From Deinococcales bacterium (GTDB lineage Bacteria; Deinococcota; Deinococci; Deinococcales; JAAFIG01), in contig JANNVX010000032.1 of assembly GCA_031414595.1 (NCBI GenBank), positions 6,947 through 70,946 on the forward strand: a stretch of 64,000 nucleotides of DNA. The letters run 5' to 3'. This document shows, in pieces, positions 8,850 to 17,658 of this stretch (position 1 is its first letter; every line of letters begins with the position of its first letter). Below the pieces are notes generated by a model. That model did no database searches. It had not been told where the DNA came from and saw nothing but the letters and a program-made list of their open reading frames with translations. The translations under genes and the position numbers were made by a program.

Positions 8850-10157
8850 ATGGCAGCCCCCGCAGTTCCCGCAAAAAAAGCTGTTCCAAATGTTGGGCAA
8901 AAAATCGCCCAATGGTGGACTAAAAGTGCGCGTAATTTAGATTTATTTGACGAAAACCAAACCGATAAAGTTTTAACCGACCCGTGGTACATGCTTGGTG
9001 GGATGGCGTTGTTGTTTTGGTACATCACCATTGTGACAGGCACAGTTCTGATGTTTTTTTATGTGCCGGACACCTATCAGGCATGGCGCAGTGTGCGTGG
9101 AATGTTTGAAGGTGAACAGGGTTTTATTGTTGCCCTGATTCGCAATATGCACAAATACGGCGCAGATGCACTGATTATTGCCCTAACAATGCGAATTTAC
9201 CGCATGTACTTTAGGGGTGAATTTAAGAATTACAATCAGCTTTCCTATATGCTGACAATCATTGGCTTACTTTTAGCCATGTTTAGTGGTTTAACGGGTT
9301 ACTTGCTGATTTGGAATCAACGCGCACTGTGGGCAACCAAGGTTTTTGCGACCTTCCCAACTTTTGTGGATGATTTTCACAATATCCCGACGATCAAAGT
9401 CTTCCTAGCTCCGCTTGCTTATGTTCTCGAGCATACCCTCTCGAGTCTTAAAATTGGGGCTTTGACGGCTAATTTTATGCTGGCTGGTCAAAGTATCGGT
9501 CCAGCTACTTTGACCCGTTTTTACAGCGCCCATTTTATGCTTTCGATGCTGGCAATTTTGGCAATTGAAGCCTACTTTGCCCGTAAGGGACGCGGTGGTA
9601 AAATTGGTGAAGCGGCAGCCGGTGGTGGGGCTGGGCGCTTTAAGCGGATTAATTTACCGTGGTTTGCAGTGGTTTTTTGTTTTGTAATTCTGGTGGTAGT
9701 TTCGATTTGGGTTCCAGTGGATACGGGCAGCCCCGCGAACTACAGCGTTACGCCAAATCCGATTTTGTCCGACTGGTACTTTTTGGGGTTGTACCAAATG
9801 ATGAAGTGGTGGCAACCCGCCGTGGCAACCTTACAGACCGTTTTGCTTCCCTTGGTGGCTTTTATTGTCGTCTTTTTAGATTATAGCCCCGAACGCAATC
9901 CTTGGAAACGCCCGTTCTGGACAATGGTTGGAATTTACGGATTGGTCTCATGGTTGGCGTTTAGCATCCTGATTATTCTAAACATTGCCGACATTAAACG
10001 CGACCCACCTTATGTTTACTTGGTCAGCATGATTATGCTTGGGGCTGGCGCAATTTGGCACTGGGTCTTTATGGCAGGCGAACGCAAAAAACGCTTAAAA
10101 CTCGAGGCAGAAAAAGCCGCTAAAGCTGCTCTAGCCGCCCCACAAGCGGCTGATTAA
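8850..10157 (+). CDS. cytochrome b (long form) lacking both haem bH ligands
   Basis: Cyt b/b6 helix B and D motifs are present. First His is retained (NMHKYG, SAHFML). Residues at the +14 His positions are Arg and Tyr. Confidence 0.7.
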   Translation: MAAPAVPAKKAVPNVGQKIAQWWTKSARNLDLFDENQTDKVLTDPWYMLGGMALLFWYITIVTGTVLMFFYVPDTYQAWRSVRGMFEGEQGFIVALIRNMHKYGADALIIALTMRIYRMYFRGEFKNYNQLSYMLTIIGLLLAMFSGLTGYLLIWNQRALWATKVFATFPTFVDDFHNIPTIKVFLAPLAYVLEHTLSSLKIGALTANFMLAGQSIGPATLTRFYSAHFMLSMLAILAIEAYFARKGRGGKIGEAAAGGGAGRFKRINLPWFAVVFCFVILVVVSIWVPVDTGSPANYSVTPNPILSDWYFLGLYQMMKWWQPAVATLQTVLLPLVAFIVVFLDYSPERNPWKRPFWTMVGIYGLVSWLAFSILIILNIADIKRDPPYVYLVSMIMLGAGAIWHWVFMAGERKKRLKLEAEKAAKAALAAPQAAD

Positions 10158-10174
10158 GCGAAAGGAAAGCAATC

Positions 10175-10477
10175 ATGAAAGGAAGCACTTGGCTATTTAC
10201 CCTCGCCTCATTTGTTGGTGGCATCCTTGTCTTTTCAAGTGGCTACAACCAAGTGTTGCGCTACCTCGAGCAGCCGACTTGGACGGGCTTAGCGATGATT
10301 GCTTTTTGGTTGACTTTGCTGCTGTTTTTTGTGGTTACACTGGGGTTTATTATGTATGCCGTAGACCGCAAAGCTGGCAATGTACGGGTCAAAATCGCGT
10401 TATTTGAACGTTTACTGGGTTATTCTAAAGAGGCTGTTTTGCCAGAATCTCGAGAAAAAAATAAGGAGAATTCATGA
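10175..10477 (+). CDS. small membrane protein (2 TM)
   Basis: Hydrophobic 100-aa ORF with an SD. Lies within the coupled operon. Confidence 0.4.
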   Translation: MKGSTWLFTLASFVGGILVFSSGYNQVLRYLEQPTWTGLAMIAFWLTLLLFFVVTLGFIMYAVDRKAGNVRVKIALFERLLGYSKEAVLPESREKNKENS

Positions 10478-10845
10478 AGACAATCATCGCCATACTGCTG
10501 GTTTTAGGGGCGCTCGGACTTGCGCCTTTGACCATTGGGGCGTTCGCTCACGCCAATCCAGATTTTGGAACAGTTGATAAAACCTTATCTTCCGAAAATC
10601 CATACATTGTTCGTGAGGATGGAGCGCCAAAAATTCCAGAGCTTGCGGTGAGCTTGGTTAAAATTATTCGAGATACCGAAGGGGCGATTTCTGGGGCGTT
10701 GCTGCCAAACCTAAAATCCTTCCCATTTGAACGTGGCTTTGCGTATATGGGCTTAACTGTACTGCTGACTGCGATTGCTTCGGCACTGCTTGCCGATACG
10801 CGCAGTCAAACCCTCGTTAAACCTGGCAAGAGGAGGCTGGCATAA
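10474..10845 (+). CDS. exported protein (signal peptide)
   Basis: ATGA overlap with the upstream gene. Cleavable-looking N-terminus. Confidence 0.4.
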   Translation: MKTIIAILLVLGALGLAPLTIGAFAHANPDFGTVDKTLSSENPYIVREDGAPKIPELAVSLVKIIRDTEGAISGALLPNLKSFPFERGFAYMGLTVLLTAIASALLADTRSQTLVKPGKRRLA

Positions 10846-12032
10846 TGGCAGGTTACAGCGCCGACCAAGCCCCAACTTCTCGGGACAAAGGTTTTGATGC
10901 AGGTTTAGATGGTATCCATAAAGGTGTTGTTGCCGTAGACAAAGCCATCAATAAAGTCATCCCCGAAGAGTTCAATCCGTTTTATTACTTGGGCGGCATC
11001 ACCAATGTACTTTGGGTGCTGCTTGTGCCAACCGGCATTTTCTTGTGGTTTTACTATAAACCCACCACCTCAGAAGCCTTCTCGAGTGTTGATTATTTAA
11101 CCGTACAGGTCTTTTTTGGTGGTGTGATTCGCGGTATTCATCGTTATGCTGGCAATGGCATGATTTTATTGGCGGTGCTGCACATGTTGCGTAATTTCTT
11201 CACCGACCGTTACCGAGGCTTTAGAGATATCCCTTGGGTTTCTGGAGTTATCCTCTTGTTTCTAACTGGTTTCATTGGCTTGACTGGTTATTTGTTGGTT
11301 TGGGATCAACGCGCCTTGGTCATTACCGAAGCCTTGGTACAGATTTTACGCAGTTTTGACTTGGTGGTTGCTGGATTTGGCACTTGGTTAGCCAGAGGAC
11401 TCATCGGTGGTGACGAACCGAATAATTTAACCTTGGCTCGGATGCTGTTTTTGCATGTTGGACCTGCAGTGATGGTGTTCTTTTTCTTGTGGGTGCATTA
11501 TTTGCGTTTGCACCGCCCCAAAATCTGGCCTCCGGCTTTTGTAACGCTACTGACGATTGGCGCAGTTTTATTGGTGGCTGGTTTAGCACCACTCGAGAAA
11601 ACCTTGCCCGCCACACAACCGATTGTTGAAGGACAAGCTGCCATTGTCTATGACATTTTCTATTTGCTGCCTGTATTAGCGCTCTCGAGCATCAGCGCCC
11701 CTTGGATTTTGGCGATTCTACTGCTGCTTTTTGCGGTGATGTTTATTCTGCCTTGGATTCCAGCCAAAAAACACCGTTATGTCAATGTCGCAACCGTCAC
11801 CCCAGAAAACTGTACCGGTTGTCAACTCTGTGCTATTGACTGCCCGTTTGACGCAATCGTGATGGTTCCTGGAGCAAATCCAAATCCGCGTTATACCGAG
11901 TTAGCCGTGGTCAATGATGACAAATGTGCTGAATGTGGTATTTGCGTTGGTGCTTGCCCATTCCATGCAATCAATCTCCCGCTCATGGATGAATACACTG
12001 TGCGCGATAAGGTGGTGGCGTTACTTAAATGA
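10845..12032 (+). CDS. dihaem cytochrome b domain fused to 2x[4Fe-4S] ferredoxin domain
   Basis: Helix B has H..(13)..H (GIHRY...VLHML). Helix D has H..(13)..H (FLHVG...WVHYL). C-terminal CTGCQLCAIDCP and CAECGICVGACP motifs. Confidence 0.75.
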   Translation: MAGYSADQAPTSRDKGFDAGLDGIHKGVVAVDKAINKVIPEEFNPFYYLGGITNVLWVLLVPTGIFLWFYYKPTTSEAFSSVDYLTVQVFFGGVIRGIHRYAGNGMILLAVLHMLRNFFTDRYRGFRDIPWVSGVILLFLTGFIGLTGYLLVWDQRALVITEALVQILRSFDLVVAGFGTWLARGLIGGDEPNNLTLARMLFLHVGPAVMVFFFLWVHYLRLHRPKIWPPAFVTLLTIGAVLLVAGLAPLEKTLPATQPIVEGQAAIVYDIFYLLPVLALSSISAPWILAILLLLFAVMFILPWIPAKKHRYVNVATVTPENCTGCQLCAIDCPFDAIVMVPGANPNPRYTELAVVNDDKCAECGICVGACPFHAINLPLMDEYTVRDKVVALLK

Positions 12033-12517
12033 CACAAGCAACTGAACATATCCAACCCCAAGTTTTAGCCTTGAGTGGCAAACCCAAAATTTTTGGCTTT
12101 GTCTGCGAATGGAGCTTAGGACGCACCGATTACATCCATGAAGATGGCACGGTCAAAGGCATGGAGCATATCAAAACCCTTAAAATTCCTTGCTCGGGCT
12201 TTGTGAAAACCGAATGGGTCACGGTGGCATTTGAAAATGGCGCTCAAGGTGTGTTTGTGCTGGGTTGCCCACTCGGAGATTGCCATTTTAACGAAGGTAA
12301 CTTCATTATTAACGGCAGACTCGAGCAGCACACAGGCAGAATGGTCAACCGTAAAATCATTGACGAAGCTGGGCGCGTTGCCGAGCTTTACCTTGGTGTG
12401 ACTGGCAACAACGATTTCTTTACTCAACTCGAAGACTTCACCAAGTACATCAGCGACATGCCAGCCTTGGTAGTCGCTGCCAAAAAACCTCGGGCTGCGG
12501 CAGCCAAAAAGGAGTAA
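12029..12517 (+). CDS. MvhD/FlpD-like hydrogenase iron-sulfur subunit family protein
   Basis: Cys pattern CEWS...PCSGF...GCPLGDCHF, typical of the methyl-viologen-reducing hydrogenase delta subunit family. ATGA-coupled to the upstream gene. Confidence 0.6.
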   Translation: MTQATEHIQPQVLALSGKPKIFGFVCEWSLGRTDYIHEDGTVKGMEHIKTLKIPCSGFVKTEWVTVAFENGAQGVFVLGCPLGDCHFNEGNFIINGRLEQHTGRMVNRKIIDEAGRVAELYLGVTGNNDFFTQLEDFTKYISDMPALVVAAKKPRAAAAKKE

Positions 12518-12521
12518 TCAG

Positions 12522-12725
12522 ATGGAAGAAACTGCTGTAAATTCTAAAATTCTCGAGATAAGCGGCGAATCTACCTTGGCTGTGCGACCTGAACTCGAGC
12601 AAGTTGGAACTACCGAAAAGGACTCTCGGGGGGTGGGCTATCTGATGAATTGGGTCAGTTTAATTTTACTTTTTGTGCTTTCAATGATTGCCATTGCTTG
12701 GTTTGGACCTTTTAGCGAAGTATAG
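12522..12725 (+). CDS. small C-terminally anchored membrane protein
   Basis: SD AAGGAG. One TM helix at the C-terminus. Confidence 0.35.
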   Translation: MEETAVNSKILEISGESTLAVRPELEQVGTTEKDSRGVGYLMNWVSLILLFVLSMIAIAWFGPFSEV

Positions 12726-12773
12726 CCGAGCCTCATCTTAAGTCTGGTTCTTAATCATCCAAAAAGCGTTAAA

Positions 12774-12806
12774 CTAGAGGCAACCATCAGTGGTTGCCTC
12801 TAGTTT
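12774..12806 (+). terminator. perfect 12-bp stem hairpin abutting the kinase start codon
   Basis: CTAGAGGCAACC-ATCAGT-GGTTGCCTCTAG followed by TTT, then ATG. Confidence 0.4.
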
Positions 12807-13616
12807 ATGGCAAGAATCCCTTTAACAACACCTGAGCCAGCCGAACCTTCCAATGCGATGGATAAGTTGCGTATGAGCCAAATAGAAATTATCTCGATCA
12901 CCCCATTTATTCGGCTCGAGAAGGGCAATTGGCAAGGCAAGCGTGTGCTGGTCAAACGCTTAAAAACATCCATGATGAACAACCCTGATGTGCTTGAACG
13001 CTTCGAGCGCGAAGCCGATATTCTCGAGCGGCTTGACCACCCGAATATCCCAGCCTTGATTCACCGCGAATCTGGGGTACTGATGCGCCAATACGTTGAA
13101 GGCAACACGCTTTATCATTACCTCAACACCGCCACCATAGACACCGCCTCAACTTTGCATATTGCAAGGGGTTTATTGTCGGCATTGGTGCATTCGCACG
13201 TCCGAGAAATCCTACATTTGGATGTCAAACCCGCCAATGTGCTACTCAGCGCTGACCGCCGCGTCCATCTGATTGATTTTGGATGTGCCAAAGACCTGAC
13301 TTTGGGCAGTATTACCCACCATGAAGCCCGTCTTGGCACACCGCATTACATGGCACCCGAGCAATTCAAAGGCATCCGCGATGAACAACGCTCCGACATT
13401 TACAGCGTCGGGGCAGTGATGTACGAATGCCTGATGGGACAACCACCACAACGTGACCCATTTGCATGGTTATCTGGACGTGGTGCATTACCCAAGCAAA
13501 TGCCTAAGAATAATCAGTTGGCTGATATCATCTGGAAAGCCATTCAACGCAACCCAGACCACCGATACGACGAAGCCCTTGATATGCTCGAGGCGTTAGA
13601 AGCGATTGAAGTTTAG
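12807..13616 (+). CDS. Ser/Thr protein kinase (Hanks-type)
   Basis: HLDVKPANVLL catalytic loop, DFG, and GTPHYMAPE activation segment. Confidence 0.75.
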   Translation: MARIPLTTPEPAEPSNAMDKLRMSQIEIISITPFIRLEKGNWQGKRVLVKRLKTSMMNNPDVLERFEREADILERLDHPNIPALIHRESGVLMRQYVEGNTLYHYLNTATIDTASTLHIARGLLSALVHSHVREILHLDVKPANVLLSADRRVHLIDFGCAKDLTLGSITHHEARLGTPHYMAPEQFKGIRDEQRSDIYSVGAVMYECLMGQPPQRDPFAWLSGRGALPKQMPKNNQLADIIWKAIQRNPDHRYDEALDMLEALEAIEV

Positions 13617-13651
13617 GAGAGCTATGGGCTTTGAGCTATGGGCTTTGAGGG
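13617..13651. repeat. right (inverted) copy of the ~34-bp repeat
   Basis: Its reverse complement CCCTCAAAGCCCATAGCTCAAAGCCCATAGCTCTC matches 3634-3667. Confidence 0.5.
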
Positions 13652-13695
13652 TTTACTAGCCGATTGTCTCGAGAAACCGATTCTTAGAGGAAAAA

Positions 13696-14610
13696 ATGAA
13701 ACGATTATTGACTTTCTTGGGTGTGTTTCTATTTGGCTTGGCAATTTCTCAAAGTGGCTCTCCTCTGCCCGCCAGTGCAACCCTCATCTCGAGCAAAATC
13801 ATCAACGGAATTACCGAACAAGACCTGTGGTATAAAAGCGACAATTTACGAATTCGCGGGCGGTTGTTTTTGCCAAGTGGCACGGCTCGAGTGGCTGGGG
13901 TTGTCTACAATCACGGCGGGGTTACTGGTTTATCTAACCTTGCGGCAACACGCTGCCGCGAACTGGCACAGGCTGGCTTGGCGGTCTTTGCCTCGAGCTA
14001 CCGAGGTGAGGATGGCTCGGATGGCAAAGTAGAAGTCGCCAAAGGCGAAATAGACGATGTTCTGGCTGGCTATAACTGGTTTAAGACCCACCCTCGAGTG
14101 GATGCAAAGCGCATTGCCCAATTTGGCACAAGCCACGGGGCATTGATCGGGCTTTTTAGCAGCGCAAGGGACTCGAGTTTTCGCAGTTTGGTCTTTGCTT
14201 ACGGCGTAGCCGATATTGTCGCATGGTACGAGCATTTGGTACGCACCAAGCAACTGACAAACGACCAATTGACCAAGGACACTTACGGTAACGGTCCCGC
14301 AGACCGCCCCGAAAGTTTTGCGGTTCGGATGGGTTTGAGCGCCGTCCCAAAAATCCCTGATGCCATGCCTGTGCTGATTATTCAGGGTGGAAAAGATGTG
14401 ATTGTGCCGCTTGAACAAGCCAAAGTCTTACACAGCAGCCTCAAGAAAAACGGCAAACAAAGCCAATTGAACGTTTATCCAAATAGCGAACATGGTTTTG
14501 TGATTACCCAAGAAGCGGCTGCCAAAAAAAGTAAGGTGTCTGGTCTCGAGGCTAGTCTTGCATGGTCAGACATAAAAAAATTCTTACTCGAGACAACCAA
14601 AATCAGGTAA
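13696..14610 (+). CDS. secreted alpha/beta hydrolase (dienelactone hydrolase/S9-like)
   Basis: Signal peptide. Nucleophile elbow GTSHG. C-terminal His region. Confidence 0.6.
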   Translation: MKRLLTFLGVFLFGLAISQSGSPLPASATLISSKIINGITEQDLWYKSDNLRIRGRLFLPSGTARVAGVVYNHGGVTGLSNLAATRCRELAQAGLAVFASSYRGEDGSDGKVEVAKGEIDDVLAGYNWFKTHPRVDAKRIAQFGTSHGALIGLFSSARDSSFRSLVFAYGVADIVAWYEHLVRTKQLTNDQLTKDTYGNGPADRPESFAVRMGLSAVPKIPDAMPVLIIQGGKDVIVPLEQAKVLHSSLKKNGKQSQLNVYPNSEHGFVITQEAAAKKSKVSGLEASLAWSDIKKFLLETTKIR

Positions 14611-14619
14611 ACTCGAGCC

Positions 14620-15126
14620 ATGTTATTTGCTTTGGTTGCCCTCATTATTGTGCAGCGCTTACTTGAACTGGGTCATGCTAAGCGCAACTTGGCTTGGGTA
14701 ATGGCAAATGGTGGCAAAGAATACGCAGCCGAACATTACCCTTTTATGGTTGCCTTGCACTCGAGTTGGATTGTGGCACTGCTGCTTGAGGGATGGCTAC
14801 GCGGCGCGGCTCTTTCGAGTTTATGGTGGTTGTGGCTTGGGCTTTTTTTAGTCGCTCAGGTCTTACGCTACATCGTCATCTCGAGCCTAGGTAAACTCTG
14901 GAATACCCGAATTATTATTGTGCCAAATGCAAAATTGGTACGCTCTGGGTTATACAGCTTTGTTAAACACCCCAATTATATGATTGTTGCCCTCGAGTTA
15001 TTGGTCACACCACTGATTTTTGATGCTTGGATTACAGCGATTGTTTTTAGTGTCCTGAATGCTGTTTTATTGCTAGGTTTTCGGATTCCTGCCGAAGAAC
15101 GCGCCCTCGAGACATTAAAGGGTTAA
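14620..15126 (+). CDS. isoprenylcysteine carboxyl methyltransferase-family membrane protein
   Basis: Polytopic 168-aa protein with the C-terminal ICMT/PEMT-like motif region. Confidence 0.45.
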   Translation: MLFALVALIIVQRLLELGHAKRNLAWVMANGGKEYAAEHYPFMVALHSSWIVALLLEGWLRGAALSSLWWLWLGLFLVAQVLRYIVISSLGKLWNTRIIIVPNAKLVRSGLYSFVKHPNYMIVALELLVTPLIFDAWITAIVFSVLNAVLLLGFRIPAEERALETLKG

Positions 15127-15145
15127 TGTAGCTTATAATGCCAGT

Positions 15146-16690
15146 ATGACGATTCAATTGACCAACCCTGTACCCGAAGTAGCAATGCCACTTTTTTCGC
15201 AAGCTGCCTTAGAATTTGTGACTCAACTCGAGCAGAAATTTGCAGCGCGGCGCTTGGAGTTACTGACCGCTCGAGCCGAACGCGCCAAGCGCCTAAAAAA
15301 CGGCGAATTACCGCATTTTTTGCCTGAAACAAGCAATATCAGGGAATCTGAATGGACGGTTGCACCATTGCCACAAGACCTACAAGACCGCCGTACCGAA
15401 ATAACCGGACCCGTAGACCGAAAAATGGTGATTAACGCCCTCAATTCTGGGGCAAAGGTTTTTATGGCAGATTTTGAAGATGCCAATAGTCCAACATGGT
15501 CAAACACCACGCTAGGACAAGTGAATTTGCTTGATGCCAATAAACGCATTATTTCACTCGAGCAGGGCGAAAAAACCTATGTGTTAAACCAAACCGTTGC
15601 GACTCTCAAAGTTCGTCCGCGTGGTTGGCATCTCGAGGAACGCCATGCGGTCTTGGATGGCAAGGCTGTGTCGGCTTCGCTGTTTGATTTTGGGATTTAC
15701 TTTTTTAACAATGTTGATGTGCTGCTTGGACGTGGTTCAGCCCCTTATTTTTACCTGCCTAAACTTGAATCACATCTCGAGGCAAGATTATGGAACGATG
15801 TTTTTGTCTTTGCCCAAGAATACCTTGGTGTCCCACAAGGCACGATTCGCGCCACAGTTTTAATCGAAACAATCCTCGCCTCGTTTGAAATGCACGAGAT
15901 TTTGTATGAACTGCGCCACCACTCGAGTGGCTTAAATTGCGGACGTTGGGATTATATTTTTAGTTTTATTAAAAAACTCGGTCACGACCCTAGATTTGTT
16001 CTGCCAGACCGTGCCAAAGTGACGATGGCAACCCAGATGATGCGCTCCTACTCAAAACTGGCGATACAAACCTGCCACAAGCGCAACGCCCCAGCCATCG
16101 GCGGGATGAGTGCTTTTATTCCCGTTAAAAACGATGAGGCTGCCAATGCAAAGGCATTTGAACAAGTTCGGCTTGATAAAGAACGTGAAGCTGGCGATGG
16201 TCATGACGGCACTTGGGTGGCGCACCCCGGGCTTGTCCCTGTGGCACTCGAGGTCTTTAACCGACTGATGCCGACCCCCAATCAAATCGGCAAAATTCCA
16301 GAAGGGGCTGTTTTTGAATCAGACCTTTTAATTGTTCCGACCGATGGTGTGACCCGAACTGGACTCGAGCTAAATGTTTCTGTGGCACTCCAATACTTAG
16401 AAGCATGGTTACGCGGCAGTGGGGCAGTGCCAATCAATAATTTAATGGAAGATGCGGCTACCGCCGAAATCTCGAGGGCGCAACTCTGGCAATGGGTGCA
16501 TCACAAAGTTGAACTCGAGGACAGCACAATTGTCACCCGCGACTTGGTACTACAAACCATTCAAAAGTACCTTGGACAGCTAAAAGCAGAAGGCAAACGC
16601 TTTGAAGAAGCCGCTAAACTCTTAATCAACACCACCAAAGAACCATTTGCCGAATTCTTAACCACCTCGGCGTACCAAATTCTTGAGTAA
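15146..16690 (+). CDS. aceB: malate synthase A
   Basis: Colinear with E. coli AceB, including DFEDANSPTW, GLNCGRWDYIFS and MEDAATAEISR. Confidence 0.85.
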   Translation: MTIQLTNPVPEVAMPLFSQAALEFVTQLEQKFAARRLELLTARAERAKRLKNGELPHFLPETSNIRESEWTVAPLPQDLQDRRTEITGPVDRKMVINALNSGAKVFMADFEDANSPTWSNTTLGQVNLLDANKRIISLEQGEKTYVLNQTVATLKVRPRGWHLEERHAVLDGKAVSASLFDFGIYFFNNVDVLLGRGSAPYFYLPKLESHLEARLWNDVFVFAQEYLGVPQGTIRATVLIETILASFEMHEILYELRHHSSGLNCGRWDYIFSFIKKLGHDPRFVLPDRAKVTMATQMMRSYSKLAIQTCHKRNAPAIGGMSAFIPVKNDEAANAKAFEQVRLDKEREAGDGHDGTWVAHPGLVPVALEVFNRLMPTPNQIGKIPEGAVFESDLLIVPTDGVTRTGLELNVSVALQYLEAWLRGSGAVPINNLMEDAATAEISRAQLWQWVHHKVELEDSTIVTRDLVLQTIQKYLGQLKAEGKRFEEAAKLLINTTKEPFAEFLTTSAYQILE

Positions 16691-16692
16691 AT

Positions 16693-17634
16693 TTATAACC
16701 ACGTTTGCATTTGCTTAGGTGTTAAGTTCCCACCACAAATAATCGTGGCAACTCGAGAACCAATAAATTGCGCCCGATGCTCGAGCAGTGCTGCAATACC
16801 CACCGCCCCAGACGGTTCTACCACCAAACCAAGGTGTTGATGCAGTAATTTCATTGCCTCGAGAATACTGGAATCCGAGACCAGCAAGCCATCATCCACA
16901 ATGCCGTTCATGTCTTGTACTGCCTCGAGAATCGGTTCGCGTACCCCAATCCCGTCAGCAATTGTGTTTACGCTGTCAAACCGCACAACCTTCCCAGCCC
17001 GCCAAGACTCGAGCATACTTGGCGCACCAGCCGCACAGATTGCCACCACTTTTGCCCTCGAGTTGGCTTTGATGTACCGTGCAACACCGTTTAAGAGCGC
17101 TCCGTTACCCAATGGAATCAACACCGCATCAAAATCTAAGCCACGCAGCATCTCGAGTCCGATTGTTCCCGCCCCTTCGGAAATCAGTGGCTCGAGACCA
17201 TCTTCAACCATATAGGCATTGTTTTTGATTGCCCAGCGTTTTGCCTCGAGTTTAGCGGCATCAAAATCCTCACCATACAAAATGACAGTTGCACCCAATG
17301 CCCGCATTCGCTCGAGTTTTAGCGGATTGGCATTAACACTGGCAAAAACCGTTAAATCAATACCCTTAGCACGGCAAGCATATGCCATTGCCTGACCAAA
17401 ATTCCCAGCACTGCCGCAGACCAGTTTTGCACTTTTCTCGAGACTCGAGATAAAATGACTTGCACCACGACCCTTAAAGCTGCGAACCGGATTGAGCGTC
17501 TCGATTTTGACCGTAACTCGAGTACCCAGTGCAGCATTTAGGGCTTCGGATTCGTATTGCGGGCTGTTTAGAAATTCGGCTGGAATGGTGAGCATGGCAT
17601 TTTCTATCGACTCGAGACTTAAACGATGTTTCAT
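16693..17634 (-). CDS. PLP-dependent threonine/serine dehydratase-family enzyme
   Basis: Start trimmed to MKHRL. PLP-lysine motif SFKGRGA. Confidence 0.7.
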   Translation of the reverse strand: MKHRLSLESIENAMLTIPAEFLNSPQYESEALNAALGTRVTVKIETLNPVRSFKGRGASHFISSLEKSAKLVCGSAGNFGQAMAYACRAKGIDLTVFASVNANPLKLERMRALGATVILYGEDFDAAKLEAKRWAIKNNAYMVEDGLEPLISEGAGTIGLEMLRGLDFDAVLIPLGNGALLNGVARYIKANSRAKVVAICAAGAPSMLESWRAGKVVRFDSVNTIADGIGVREPILEAVQDMNGIVDDGLLVSDSSILEAMKLLHQHLGLVVEPSGAVGIAALLEHRAQFIGSRVATIICGGNLTPKQMQTWL

Positions 17635-17658
17635 TGATAACTCCTTTATACTGAACCT

